DNA from: Rotaria sordida
Lineage: Eukaryota
NCBI GenBank assembly: GCA_905250005.1
Contig: CAJNOH010000088.1
Location: 1-62,152, forward strand
Length of the DNA: 62,152 nt
Direction: 5' to 3'
Shown here: positions 13,793 through 26,960 of the stretch, piece after piece
How the letters are laid out: the number at the start of each line of letters is the position of its first letter
Numbering within the stretch: position 1 is the first letter of the stretch
Position numbers and translations under genes: made by a program
The notes under the pieces: model-generated
Told to the model about the DNA's origin: nothing
Databases searched by the model: none
The model's input: only the letters and a program-made list of their open reading frames with translations

Positions 13793-16582
13793 AAAGAGAG
13801 GAAGAAGAGTAGATCCGCTCCGGAATAATTCGAAGAGGAAGACATCCAGAATCGATAATTGACATCATGAGACAGAAGGGAGAGAGGAAAAGGGATGCTT
13901 GACAAGAGGAGATGCGCGCTCTCGCACACTTGATAGAATCGATGAACGCCAATGACGATGAGTAAGAGAGCCTAGTTCAAGAGAGAAAGAAAACGAGAAG
14001 TCAGTTTCTTTTCTTATTCTACTACTACAACCCATATTCAACATAAATACATCTATTGATTATGCAAAAAGACAATTTCATTTAGGATTCACTTACTTCC
14101 TACTAATCTACTAACTTTGCATTAAATTTAGTTCGAAACCTTTCGATCTATGACTACTAGAAGTTCTCTCTTTTTTTTCTCTTCTCAAGTTATCGTACTT
14201 ACTCACTCGTTTGTATGCATTTTGCAAAAAAAAAAAAGATCAAATGCCGGAAAAATTAGTAGAGGAAGTGCTATGAAAATCAAAGCGAGGCTAATTTAGG
14301 CCGAAACCCTCTTTATTTTCTTTATATAACTAACTTCTGTTATGTGTATGTTTCATTCTTCTTCTTATTCTTCTTTTTTTTTCTCGCTAACAACAACAAC
14401 ACTTTCCGATTGACTTTTGTTCACAATACACAACAGATACAATTGATTCCATTCAAACATCATAAAAATAAAAGAAAAGAGTGTGTACCGTTTTTTTTCT
14501 CTTCTCTTTTTTTTAATCACTAGACCTAAGTTAAAAAATTTTCTAGGCTAATGATGGCAACAGAAAGAGAGAGAGAGAGAGCAGAGTGCCACTAATTCGA
14601 TTATCTCGAATTCCAGTCTTCGTTCGTCTGCAAATTAACATGTTTGATTTTTAACGATTAAGCAACATTCTCATAATTTGTGTATGCATATACAAGACAG
14701 AATAAGCGAGATCAAAGCAAGAAAGACCGAAGTCAATGATGATGATGAGGATGAGGATGGCGATCGGCGATCAAGTACTTGGCATAAATAATTCTCACTC
14801 ACTCACACTCACTTATTCTTAAACTGATTCAAAAAAAAAAAAAATCTGTTCTACATCAATAATAGATACAGCGTTAAAAGGCCTACTAACAACATCATAT
14901 TGTAAGCATATGCATATGCACACACGCAACATACAAAAAAAAAAAAAGAAAAAAAAGTCAAACTTAAATACTCATAAGAGGTAGTTGACGTCGCTACTAT
15001 TGTTTGATGTCTTTATCTATTGATAGTATTACTCTATAAATTGAATGAAAACGATTAAATTGAAAAAAGTAATCATAGTCTATCGGAAAAACTTCTTAAT
15101 CGTTTTCTCTTTTATCTTTACCTAAAGTATTGATTCCATTTTGTTCTTGTTTCTTTTATATATATTCCAAACTGAAAAGAATAAAAAAAAAAAAAGAATT
15201 TTATGTAATCAAAAAGAATTATATCGCAAATACATATGATAATAAATGTTCATGTCTAAAGTCTAATGGAATATATTTAATAAGATACTAACAAATTCAG
15301 ATACAATAATATAGCAAATATTGCTTGTATTCTTAGAATTTTATCCATTATTATCGTCTCTATCATTATTTATGTATTTTAACTTCGGCCTAGAAAATAG
15401 ACTGAGCATTTTTTTTATGCACGTACTTAATTAATTCTGTAGATTCGAAATAATAATAAAACAATCAGATTCAAAGATACAAAAACATTTATTTTTTCAT
15501 ATGAATCAAGTTTTAGAATATTCATTATCATCAAATATATTAATATTTAAAAATATTCTAGCTTCTAAACAATGCCTTACTTACCTATTTTGATTATTGA
15601 ATAGAGTTTAATGAACTTTTTTTTTTGCCTTATTCACAAAATATCTAATCATTAATAATAATAGAAAAAAAAAAAAAAACTTTTTCTCCTAAGCAATTTT
15701 CCAGCAATTATGAAACCCTTTAGCACATTATAATTATTTTCAGTTATTTTATATCATGTGTTGCCAACATAGAATTCTTTATTGAATAATTAATGAGAAA
15801 TTATTTAAATGATTAAGAAAAAAAAAATGTTTTATGACGTCTCATGTATATTATTCATTTCCTATCAAACATATAGATATGAATTATCGTTTATAATAGA
15901 ATCATATAACTCTTATAGAAAAAAAAAAAACTATTATTTATATTTTATAATAATTGTCTGCATTAAATAAATTAAATTGTTTTGAAATAATATTGTTATC
16001 TAATAAAAATAAAAGTTTTGTTGTACTTACTAAAAGTTCAAACAGATCATCAAACTTATTTGAAGTCGATGTAGATGTTCATTTTCGAGTTTGTCACAGG
16101 TCAGGCAGAACGCCTACCTATCATGTTCTTTTTTTTTCTAAATTTTCAATAAAAAAATTTCCTTTATTTTTTCAGAAGAAAATGCAAGTATCAAAATCTA
16201 TAGGAAAATATCTTTGCTATTAGAAGTTGAGAAAAGATGCTTTAATTAATTTTGACTCGACATAAACATAAATAATAATAGATCGTCACTAACTTATTTC
16301 CTTCTTTTTCTATTTCATCAAAATACTGTTCTCGCAGTCGAATCTGGAGATGTACAGTGTTGATATAAATACTGACAGTGAGTCACCAACACAGGATTCA
16401 CTCGGATACGAATTACACTGACACCTGCATTCGTTATAATCTTGAGACATCAACTCTATCAAAATATATCCTTTTTTGTAGCGGTGTATTCCCAGTGTTT
16501 CGATGAACACTGCTGCCAGTGTGTTAGTGTGCACTAACTATTGATATTTGATTAAACTATCTAATTTTTAATAAGTCTATTT

Positions 16583-16985
16583 TTTGGGTTCCAGATTTTC
16601 GGAAAACTCTTTTTTTTTCGAATTTTGATTTAAAACTTTGCACATATAGAGAACTCAACTAGACTAACTTCCATGAAAAAAGAACTCACAAGTTTTGAAC
16701 AAAGTTTCATTACACATCTTCTAGAAGAAAATAGGAGCAAAAAAATTAATAACATACATCAGTAACGACCAGTCTAAAATCCATACCAGTATCAGTTCCA
16801 TCTCTGGTATACACGATCCATGGAAAAGGGTCTATATCCTGTAATTCTCATATTTTGGAGAGACTTTGTTCAAAACTTTTTAGTTTTTTAATGAAACCTA
16901 GCTAGTTATGTTCTCTATATGTGCAAATTTTCAGATCAAAATTCAAAAAATCAAATTTCTCGACAACTTGGGACTCAGAAAATAA
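16583..16985. mobile_element. foldback element (arms of about 130-140 bp). It belongs to the family whose core is shared with the elements at 26169 and 53689.
   Basis: Left arm: ...gaattttgatttaaaactttgcacatatagagaactcaactagactaacttccatgaaaaaagaactcacaagttttgaacaaagtttc. Right arm: ...actttgttcaaaactttttagttttttaatgaaacctagctagttatgttctctatatgtgcaaattttcagatcaaaattc. The right arm is the reverse complement of the left. The core (gaattttgat..aaactttg..ctagactag..aaaa..gttttgaacaaag) recurs at 26340..26440 and 53870..53960. Confidence 0.65.
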
Positions 16986-19900
16986 ACATAAAAAATTTGC
17001 TGACTTAGTCAAATCTTCATGGGAACCCAAATCCTTCTAAGATTCTGTATAATATCTATAGACAAAAAAAAAAATCATTGAAATCGGAAAAGGCAGCTGA
17101 AGAAATTCCTTGATAAGTTGATGACGAGTAAACTGAAAATGTATATCCCTATTCTAATCGATGATTATTCTTATGTTACATGAATCATTGAATAGATTCT
17201 TATTATTCTCTTATTCATATTTATATTGTTGTAATATAGTAGGTTTTAATATTTCATCTTCAACTCAAATTCATTCAGAATGTTCTTATGAAAAAACAGA
17301 TTTGTTTTTCTAAATGTTCATGTTTCTTTTATTTATACGATGTATAAAATCAATAAATGTTTCGTATTGTCATATCATTTTGGTATACATAAGTTCGTTA
17401 CTTTCTTATAATGATACTCTTCTGCATTTTTTTCAATTATCATAATAATAATATGTAAAGAAAAATACACAGGTAGATCAGATCAAGAAAATAAGATGAA
17501 AGACAGATATTTTAAGGATTGTCTTAGCCTATCACAAATGAGTCAAATCTACAAAAAGTAGATCTGCCTCAGCCTTTACTACTTACCAAAAAATAATTTT
17601 GTAAATAAACAATTGCAACAGCTAATTTTTTCTTGTTTTTATCAAAATATCATTTGTCAAAAATAAAAAATATTTTATATATAATCTCGGATTTATCTAT
17701 TCGTTATCATATGGATGAAAAATATTGAATTCGAATGATGTATCGTATGCATTGATTTATATAAAAAGAAAAGTTTAATTATTAATCGATTTATTAATTT
17801 GTATGCCATGATTGAGATCAAACGATATATCTTTTTTACAATCTAAATAACTTATCCAATAGTTCTAAACATCTGCAAATGAATGAAGACAATATTGACA
17901 TCCACTAAATCTCAACATCAGTTATATCAATAGTTTAAACACGACATTTGATTGAAACACAAAAACAAAAAGGTTTTAGAATAGTTCCTATTGACTATAA
18001 TGTGAAACACAATGAAGCAATTTCCTAGAAAAAATTGTAATTAAAACAAAATAATTAAACTCTTACAGAAGTTTAACAGAGTTAAAAACATCCTTTCACC
18101 AGGTTTGTAAGTCAAAAAATAAAAAAAAAGAAAATTCTTCTCTCTTTTTTAAGGTATTCAAGTCATGATTTCTATTCAGGTTAGAAGAACATGATGAAAT
18201 TGTCACGTTAGAATTAATTTAAGCTTAAATTCTTGTTTCTTATTCTTTGTCTGAAACAAAAAGGAAATAATTGACGAGACTTGAAATGAGGCGTAAATTT
18301 TTCTTTGATCTTCGAAAATTAATTAGTTTCTATATTCAAATCATAATAATCAATAATAGTATACTTGAAATTAATGAAAAAATTCCTATTGACAATAAAT
18401 CTCAGACGAATATTTATTATCAACAAAATAAATAAATAAAAAACCTTTAAATTAAATGTTTTTAGGCTATTCAGCTATAAATATCATACATTTCTCATTG
18501 AATAATCACGCGTTCTATCATCATTTTATACATTTAGAAAGTTTAGTTGTTTATATGTTACTTCATCTATCCATCCTTTTTTTTCTTCATTGTATACGTA
18601 GAAATACAGAAGTTCATTGTGATTCAAATCATGAATTATCCATAAAATGACTACTGAGAAATGGAAACAAGACGGTTTTTTCCTCTATCGGCAAAAATAG
18701 AATTAACGGCTATTGTAAATTGCAGTAAGTATTTAAATTACAAAATAATATTGAAAAGTTTTAGATAAAATTTCAAAAATATGTTAGAACAAACTCATTG
18801 ATCAATATTCTGTGTCTTCTTGATTGTGGAGATTTTTTCTTAATTGAAAGCAAAAAAATGTATGCAAGATAAAATCAGAAGGAGAGACAAAAATGGCTGC
18901 ATTATAGAAATATGCAGAAATAGATATAGTAAGAGTATCAGTGTAAGTAGTTCGATTGAAGAGTGAATATTAGAATGTGAGTCTTCTACTCAGTCACATC
19001 CTAAACTCAAAAATTTTAGATACTCTTATATACTTCATTAATGATTTTAACTGTATTTCTTTTTTTCTCCTTGCAATTCTTCTTTGCGGACATTTTTTCT
19101 TCATCGACTAAAAAAGGTGTCTGCAGTCTGGATGTAGACCAACATCCGTATATGCAATAGTTTCGTAAAGAAACGCGTGATAAGAAATATAAAATCTTCT
19201 AGAAACAAAATGTCATATCCTATTGAGAATATCGCATAAGTGTAATAAAAATCAAAACTCTCATAGTCTGAAAAAACAATTGTTTATAATCTCTACATTA
19301 CGAATATTCTCTATGGTATCTTTCAGTGTATCTCAAGTGACAAAAATGAAAGCTATTTTTTAAACTTACATATATACATTTTGCACAGAGGTGTCTCAAG
19401 TGGGGAGAAGGCTCAGGAAGTGATCTCAATCTTAAAAAGTTTTCGTTTTTATCTAGTGGAGTTCCGGTACTTTTGCTTACCGAGTTCCAAAACACCGCTT
19501 TTAACTCCTAAAAATCAGTTCAACTTTAGAAAAAAATCTTCTAATCATAGCAATTATCATGATAGAAAAATCTTACCAAGATCATATAAGATGTTATTGA
19601 CTATCGAATGTCATAAGATTCATCCTGTATGATCTTTCAAAATTGTACAAATATCATATTGTAAGATTTAATATTTATCTGACTATAAGATGCTAAGTAA
19701 ATTTTATATGTCACCTGTATAAACAATGTTGTGCATTTAAGTAAATATTTAAATGATTAAATACATTCTGATTGAGACGATAATTTTTGTAGAATTGAAG
19801 ACACATCTTCTATGTAGTGATACTGATCTGTTAAAAAAATTATTCTACAGATAATTTAATCGATTCGATTAGATAGAAGTAGATTTTCTCTGGTTTATGC

Positions 19901-21538
19901 AGTTCATTTTAATGATCAAATTCAATAAAAATAATTTCTTTTTTGTCTTGTAAACATATATTTTTGTTTTCATTTAGTCTTATTAATTTTTATAAATAAA
20001 TATTCACATACAAGTAAAGATAAACGACTTTCTTAAAAAAAAACACGATGATCATATAGCAGGTTTCTATATGATTGTGTAAGAATCGTACAAGATCTTA
20101 TAATGAGATTGTTTGATCTAAAGATAAGCGAATTTTTTTATTCAGCGATAGTCTTAAGTGAGTTTATAAAAAAGAATGAATAAAAATATTACATTTGAAT
20201 TTAGTTCTATTATTTTTACATTAAAAATAAATCGAGAAATAAGATCTGCTTCATTTGCTCAAATGTAAAGTTGCATGACAATGATGTCGCTAGCTACCGA
20301 TGGGTGAAAATATTTATGAATGAGAAAATGAAAAGTTAGAAACTATTAATCAAACTTAGAATATAAAATTATTGATTTTACAAAGAATATCTTTATAGAT
20401 GATATATATGTGACAGAATGGAGACAAAGACCTAAGTTCTGATTGGTTATCATGTTCTTTGTCTATTCTTTGTTCGTGGCACACGCGAGAAATAGAATTG
20501 ACTTGCACTTACTGACACCCAGAAATTGTCTATAGAGGTCAATCTGTGGTACGTAACTAGTTGCCTTGATATATTTATAAAAAGAATGAACAAGTATTAC
20601 AATGGTTATATTCTTCATATTACTACTCAATAACGCATCATTTTTTTTTATTCTTCTCTTTCCTATCTATTAGCTTTGCTTCATTTCATGCACACCTTTC
20701 TATGTAGTACGTGTGAATATACACATCATTGAGTACGATGTACGATTGAAATTTCGAAGCCTTCACCACACAATATGTATTACTACTCCTGAAGCAAGTA
20801 TTTTATGATGAATAATAGAGAGTATTTGAACTCTTATTTAAATATCTAATATAGATTGAGTTTCTCAATTAAATTATTTTTTAAAACTAAAATAAGATAT
20901 TAATATTTAGAAAAAGGTAAGAAAATAGAATTAGAATGTGTTTATCTGTTTACTTCTTCTTATCGATCCTTGAAGATATTTAATCTAATCAAATTTTTTT
21001 TTTTTGCATATATTTCCGCTTCTCAACGAGGTCAATATACTATTTTATGTTACTAGTGAAATAACTACCAAAGTAATGGTGGTTATTGTCTGGAAATAGA
21101 TGGATATACTTTAGTTATTTATTACATTATACATTCGATCATTTAATCATTAAGTCTTTTTATTAGGTGTAAAAAACAATTTATTTTCTTTTTTCTTTTT
21201 GTGAAACGAATGATTTTAACATGACTTAATTATTTTTTTCCTTTCGTTTTAAATATAGCTGTGTTCGTTAGATCTGACTAACGATAGTAGATGGCCATGT
21301 AAGCGAGAGAGTGATTTTCGTTCTTTTCCTTCCGTCTGCTTGCCCTCTAGTGCATCCTAAACGTAGCGGTCGTTCTTTGTTCATATCGTTCACCGATGCT
21401 AACGCATCGCTGCATACATGAACAGAAAAAAAAAAGAAGAAGGAAACAATAGAGAAAGAAATTCAACAAAAGGCGTTGCTTGTTTTTTTTTTGTTTTTAG
21501 ATTTGTTTAAATAAACAAAGCAAAAAAAACCTAAGACA

Positions 21539-24452
21539 ATGGCAGACACACTAACTGATGACGATATTATTGAAGTTCGTTCATCAACGAATAGACCACC
21601 ACCAACAACAACAAGTTCGAGTTCATCTATAACAACTACTCGTCGACCAATGTATATTGAAACAGAAGCACGAATTGACACGGTAACAACACGTCGAATG
21701 GCATCAGCAGCTGCTAGTCGAAGTGTACATGATGTACTCGAAAATACAAAATCACCTACTCAGTAAATTAGTTTTTCTTTTAATTAAATTTTTATCTAAG
21801 GAAATCTTTTTTTTTTTTCTAGTGATCGTCAGTCGACAAGTTATACATATGCTCATAGGTTAGTATTAAAACAAAAGATATCCACTATATTGAATGGCGA
21901 GTACCAATCAGCGATAGAGTTAGCCGTATGAGTTTATTGCTGTTAACTCTACAAGGTTTTTTTCTATCAGATACGGACACATACACTATTCACTAATTGG
22001 TTTGACCTCATCATGTAAAACGTTGCATGTGGGGTGAGAGTTTGTGTATATTCTATGGAAGCACCGATTATAGATAGAATTAGTACCTGTAGCTTGATGT
22101 GGATCGTCAAAAGTGTAACGTATTCCATCTGCGTAGAGTTCTAATTATTACCTGAGATTAGAGTATGCATCTTTTTCCCTTTGATTTGAAAAATTTCAGT
22201 TGCCGCCGCTCAAGCCTAAATTTTTTTTGTTGCCGCCAATCAATGTATCGGATTGTATCTCTACTTGAGATTAATATTTGAATTACAAAAATCTCATGAT
22301 TTTCATATTATAGAAAACGATTCTTTGCCTCTTAAGATACTAAAATATTCAAAATCAATTTTTAATATGTTTTTCTTTTCTAGCAATGCATATGGACCTG
22401 AATCACGACCATCTACATACGATATTCCTGTAATGTCTCGACGTAGTTTACATGATGAAAATGATAGTCGTACAGCGTCAGTATTTTCATTACCATCTCA
22501 ATTGATCTCGAATGTTCGATCACAATTACACAGCGGTTATGATACTCTTCGTAATGGTATATCTCATTTAACTGGTCATGAACAAGAAGAAACATCAGGT
22601 TCACCAACACATGGTATCACTAGTGGTGGTACACGTTTTTCTCGTACATCATCACAATCGTCAGGATCAGGTGGTCGAACAACAGGTTATAATCTTCGTT
22701 CACGTCCTGTTCATTCAACACCACGTGATACTGATAGTGAACAACAACAACAGCAACAACAACAACATAAACAACATAAAATACCAACGAAACATCGAAA
22801 AGATTATCAACACCAAGGTGAAATTGATGAAGAAGATGAATATGATAATAAACAACATAAACGTACAAAAGATATGAATTATTATTTACAAAAAATTTTT
22901 CATTTACCTATTCATATTTTTGATACAATTTGGGATAAATTAAAATTTTTACCATGTTGGTTACTTATTCCACTTCTTATTTTTCTTAGTCTTTATGCAT
23001 GTAAGTCAAAAATAAAAAAAAGTTTCATTTTTATTATATTTTCTTTGTTTTTTTCTTCATCTTAAGTACCTTATTTGGTTTGTAAACCATTTGAACATAA
23101 TCGTCATTCAAATGTAAATCATATGTGTCGAAATCTTAATGATTATACAACTAACTTAACAGGAAATACATATGATTTTACACGTCGTCATACATTTGAT
23201 CGTGGTACTCGTAATCTTAAACAAGTTTATAATTCAGCACATGATATAAAAGATTCTATATTTAATTCTTTAAATGATGTATATTATTCAATAAAAAAAT
23301 CTTTAAAAGGTTCAGTTTATGACGTTAAAGATCGTGTTGCTGATGTTGTTGAAACAACAGCTGATAATGCTAAAGAATATTATGATGCTGGTATAAAAAA
23401 AGTTAATCATCTTATAGAAGAACTTAAACATGAACGTGAAAAAATTCTTGGAGCGTAAGTTAGACCAAAAAAGGGAAAAAAAAATATTTATTTTAAATTT
23501 TATTTTATTTTAGACGACATACATTAAAACCTGATCAAGAAAAAGAATTAGGAGAAGTAAATTAAATTTTTTTTTAAGAAAAAATATTTCCAAAAAAAAA
23601 ACAAAATCAAATTTTTATGATTTTAGATAGTTCGAAAATTAATTGATGAATATGCAGCTGATGAAACTGGTCAAGCTGATTATGCACTTGAAGCTAATGG
23701 TAAATAAACCGAAAAGAACGAAAGAATATATATTCTTTTATTTATCTTTTAGGAGGAAAAATTGTTGATATACGTGCTCATGAATATACAGATGAACCTC
23801 GACAAAATGTTGTTAAATTTCTCGGTATACCAATTGTTCATATGTCAAAACAACCAGATATAATGATAAAAGTTTGTTATTTAAATGAATTAATTTATAT
23901 ACATATAAAATAAAATAAAATATTTTAGCATGGACGTATGCCTGGTCAATGTTTTCCATTTAAAGGTGATCATGGAAGTGTTGTTATTCGATTAGCTGTA
24001 CCTGTTATACCAACAGAATTTGTAGTTGAACATTTATCAAAATCTATTTCAATTGTTGGACATATAAATAGTGCACCAAATAATTTTACAATTTATGTAA
24101 ATTTAAAAAAATAAAAATTTGAAAATCTAAAATATAGATTAATTAAATGAATTTTGTTTCTTTTAAGACTTTGAAAGATAAACATGATAAAGAAGGTATG
24201 GTTCTTGGTCGATATTATTATGATGCTGAAAATGGTCCAGCACTTCAACGATTTAAACCTCAAGTATGTATTTCATTTTTTTGTTTTAATGAAATGAAAT
24301 TTACTTTTATTATATTTTAGATTTCCAATGTACCCGTTGTTGAATATATCGAAATACAAGTAACATCAAATTGGGGTAATCCAAATTATACATGTTTATA
24401 TAGATTTCGTGTTCATGGTGACATGCAAAGTGTTGCACCAACAGCTGCCTAA
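21539..24452 (+). CDS. SUN (Sad1/UNC-84) domain protein, 10 exons
   Basis: Exons are 21539..21762, 21823..21858, 22384..23000, 23067..23454, 23514..23556, 23627..23699, 23753..23871, 23929..24096, 24168..24263 and 24321..24452, all GT..AG, and the phases close. Exon 3 ends in the transmembrane segment LPCWLLIPLLIFLSLYA. Exons 6-10 encode ...ADYALEANGGKIVDIRAHEY...HGRMPGQCFPFKGDHGSVVIRLAVPVIPTEFVVEHLSKSISIVGHINSAPNNFTIY...EGMVLGRYYYDAENGPALQRFKPQ...IEIQVTSNWGNPNYTCLYRFRVHGDMQ. This is the canonical C-terminal SUN domain. AATAAA lies at about 24522. Confidence 0.85.
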
Positions 24453-25070
24453 AAAAAGAAAACTAATTGTATTATTGTTTAAACTTTATTATATTTTCAT
24501 CATTTCGATTTGTTCATATTGAATAAATTCGTTTTGATGTGTATTGTATTATTAATCATCGTTTGTTTGTATAACATTTAAATAATACGCTTAGTTTGTT
24601 TTTTTTTGTATGATTGTGTATCTAGAAAACACATTAAGAAAAAAAAAACGTATGAAATATTATCTGAATATTCTGTTTTTGTCGTTAATGTTTCTGTATT
24701 GTATTTGTTCAATCTCGTCTTTTTTTGTTTTGTCTATAACTTGTGTTCATATGTGTGTAATTGTTGGTGTGCTTCTTTTTCGTTTTTTTTTCGTTGTCTA
24801 ACGTATATTTGAAAATAAAAATATAGACATTTTTTCAAATTACAGTAGTAGATTATTGGTATTTTTTTTTGTGCTTATTTGAGAATTTGATGAAAGTTTG
24901 ATAGAGCTTATACACTGGTAAATGAAAACGTTTGTAATAAAAGAAGAGAAACAGGCATAGACAATATATTATGATCATAGTATATTATAGTTCGATAAAA
25001 TTCAACTCTTCAGTTTTGCTTAATATTGAACGAATAACGTCAGCGTGACGACTAAAATGAACTCTGGTAA

Positions 25071-25700
25071 GGCGCTTCAGGACTATTATAGAAATTTTAA
25101 AAAAAGGCTATCGGACAAAATGCTTATAACTTTTGAACGAAGATAGCTAGAGCCTTGCAGTTTTTCATCATTCGAAAGGGGAGAAAAGGGGACGCCTTTT
25201 TCTCCAATATTGTATAGGACAAAATCATTTAAAAATCAGTCATTTCTACAAAACATGAAAAAAATGCATGAAAACGATCTGTCATTCCAATGATATTTTG
25301 GTTCTGACATTTGATCTAAATAGAGGAACCTCAGATGTATAGTTCAAGATATAATTCGAATGATTATCTATCCACCTCCTAATGTTGAACAAATAAACTT
25401 GTCTATTCAATCGTACGAAAACTATAGAGTTCTTTTAATTTTTAAGCATATTTTCTTACTTTTCGTCAAAGTTTCATCTGAATGGCAGACCGTTTTTTAT
25501 GCATTTTTTCGATGTTTTGTAGAAGTAACTGATTTTTAAATGATTTTGTCCTATACAATATTGGAGAAAGAGACGTCCCCTTGTCTCCCCTTTCGAATGA
25601 TGAAAACTGCAGGGCTCTAGCTGTCTTCGTTCAAAAGTTATAAGCATTTTTCCCGATAGCCTTTTTTTAAAATTCCGGTAATAGTTCGAGAAGAAAACAT
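25071..25700. mobile_element. foldback/MITE-like element (arms of about 200 bp, loop of about 225 bp)
   Basis: 25071..25270 (ggcgcttcaggactattatagaaattttaaaaaaaggctatcgg...aaaaatgcat) is mirrored by 25495..25700 (atgcattttttcgatg...cccgatagcctttttttaaaattccggtaatagt). The pairing is seen directly. Confidence 0.75.
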
Positions 25701-26168
25701 CAGATTTCGAGACTTTATGGGACTAACATATTTTAAAAGCTATTAGCGCAACGCCTGAGGGATTGAAATGCAAAACACGATGTAGCTGCTGCTGCTAATC
25801 AAAGCGAAATTGTTTTATTTTATCTATTTTGTGACATATTTCTTAACCATTATTCCACTTAATTCTTCAAAAATGCAATGAGGAAGTAGTTCATATATTA
25901 AAACGAGCTATTATTTATAAACAGTCTGTGATCTGCGGTTCCTCGTATGTCTGTAATGACTTGTTGCTAAGATTTCTATCAAATCTGTGAGGGATTTCTC
26001 ATTCTACCCTATACTTCAACACTCGTTTTTGGTTATGTTTTACAAAAGCTATGGTTTACAGTATTCATAAGACTTCAAGACTGAAGTCTTTGTTATTTTC
26101 ATTCGGACTAGTCATTCGAAGCGTGTTTCACAGTGGGTATGGGTGTGTGGATGTGGCATAGTAGACAG

Positions 26169-26705
26169 CAAAAGGGGATCGAGAGCAATTTACAGTTGTC
26201 AAATCGCTTTTGAATCGAGACTATGCGCGTTATGTAGGCCCTAATGAGCTATGAACATCCTGAAAAAAGTTCATGCTTATAGCTTATTTCTGTCAAGATA
26301 TTTAACTGTTATGGCATTTTTTAGGAAAAAGCTGTGGTCTTCCTCAGGTTCACCCGAAAAATCAATTTTCGAATTTCTACTTGAAACTTTGGCCAGAGAA
26401 AGGTCTCAGTTAGACTAGTTTATTCTGAAAGTTTTGGATTTTTGAGTTCCTCCTATCGCGAGATACGAGTATAAGGAAAAAATATTCTTTTTCATATCAC
26501 TTATAGCACCAAATGTTAAATGTTTATATTTAAGGATAGGAGCAACGAAGAAATTTGAAACTTTCAGGATTAACTAGTCTCATTGAGACTTTTCGTTGCA
26601 TAAAGTTTCAAGTCGAAATTTGAAAGTTGATTTTTCAGATGGGTCTGAGAAGGAACACGGTGTTGTGCTACAAAATGTCAAATATCTCGACAAAGATTCA
26701 ATGGC
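26169..26705. mobile_element. asymmetric foldback element of the same family as 53689..54311 (left arm about 310 bp, truncated right arm about 160 bp)
   Basis: The left arm, cgcttttgaatcgagactatgcgcgttatgtaggccc...gaaactttggccagagaaaggtctcagttagactagtttattctgaaagttttgga, aligns with the 53.7-kb arm, cgcttttgagtcggaactttgcgcatcttgtaggcc...gaaactttgtccacataaacagctcagctagactagtttgcataaaaaatttcagaacttttgga. The reverse complement of 26545..26700 aligns to 26230..26460. Confidence 0.7.
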
Positions 26706-26794
26706 GCATCCACGAAGATAGATGATGATATGCTCTGCAAAATAACAAACTAAAATTTGAATTAAAATTCCGGAAAAATCCTGGAAACGAACTG

Positions 26795-26960
26795 CATCAC
26801 TGGCTAGTAGCTATTTTCACTATACTGGATGTGGGTGTGTAGGTGTGTGAATATCAGTCTTAGCTCAGTCTGCATTCATTTACATCCACACCACCCGCCC
26901 ACGACCACATCCACATCCATACCCACACCCACATCCGTTCGATCTCTACAGGAACAAGCT
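26795..26960. repeat. G/T-rich then C/A-rich hairpin block built from degenerate TGTGGG-type (telomere-like) hexamers. It is homologous to 33217..33420.
   Basis: It contains ggatgtgggtgtgtaggtgtgtg, followed by catccacaccacccgcccacgaccacatccacatccatacccacacccacatcc. A shorter related tract, gggtatgggtgtgtggatgtgg, sits at 26136..26157 on the other side of the foldback. Order and sequence align with 33217..33420 (ctagtgatgctggtccagctgtgagtgtgggtgtg...gcacattcacc...cacacccac...). Confidence 0.6.

Noticed and set aside
16310-16534. Cys-containing 74-aa minus-strand ORF next to the 16.6-kb foldback
   Set aside because: No signal peptide, no homology, and locally GC-shifted sequence adjacent to a TE. 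Most likely part of repeat-associated DNA.
22413-22877. ORFs 22413..22610 (-), 22578..22877 (+) and 22620..22868 (-) inside SUN exon 3
   Set aside because: They are alternative frames or the antisense strand of a long exon. The SUN reading frame is the one that splices in phase and carries the TM segment and SUN domain.
26850-26880. tRNA-like A-box (cttagctcagtctg) and possible Pol III gene or vault RNA
   Set aside because: No downstream B-box (GGTTCGANTCC-like), no cloverleaf and no T-run terminator at the expected spacing. I found no convincing tRNA or vtRNA anywhere in the window by eye.
26136-26960. The idea that the 26-kb foldback inserted into, and split, a copy of the telomere-like block
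   Set aside because: Alignment shows that the whole 33.2-kb block matches the right-hand flank alone (26795..26960). The left-hand tract 26136..26157 is an extra short fragment, not the other half of a split copy.
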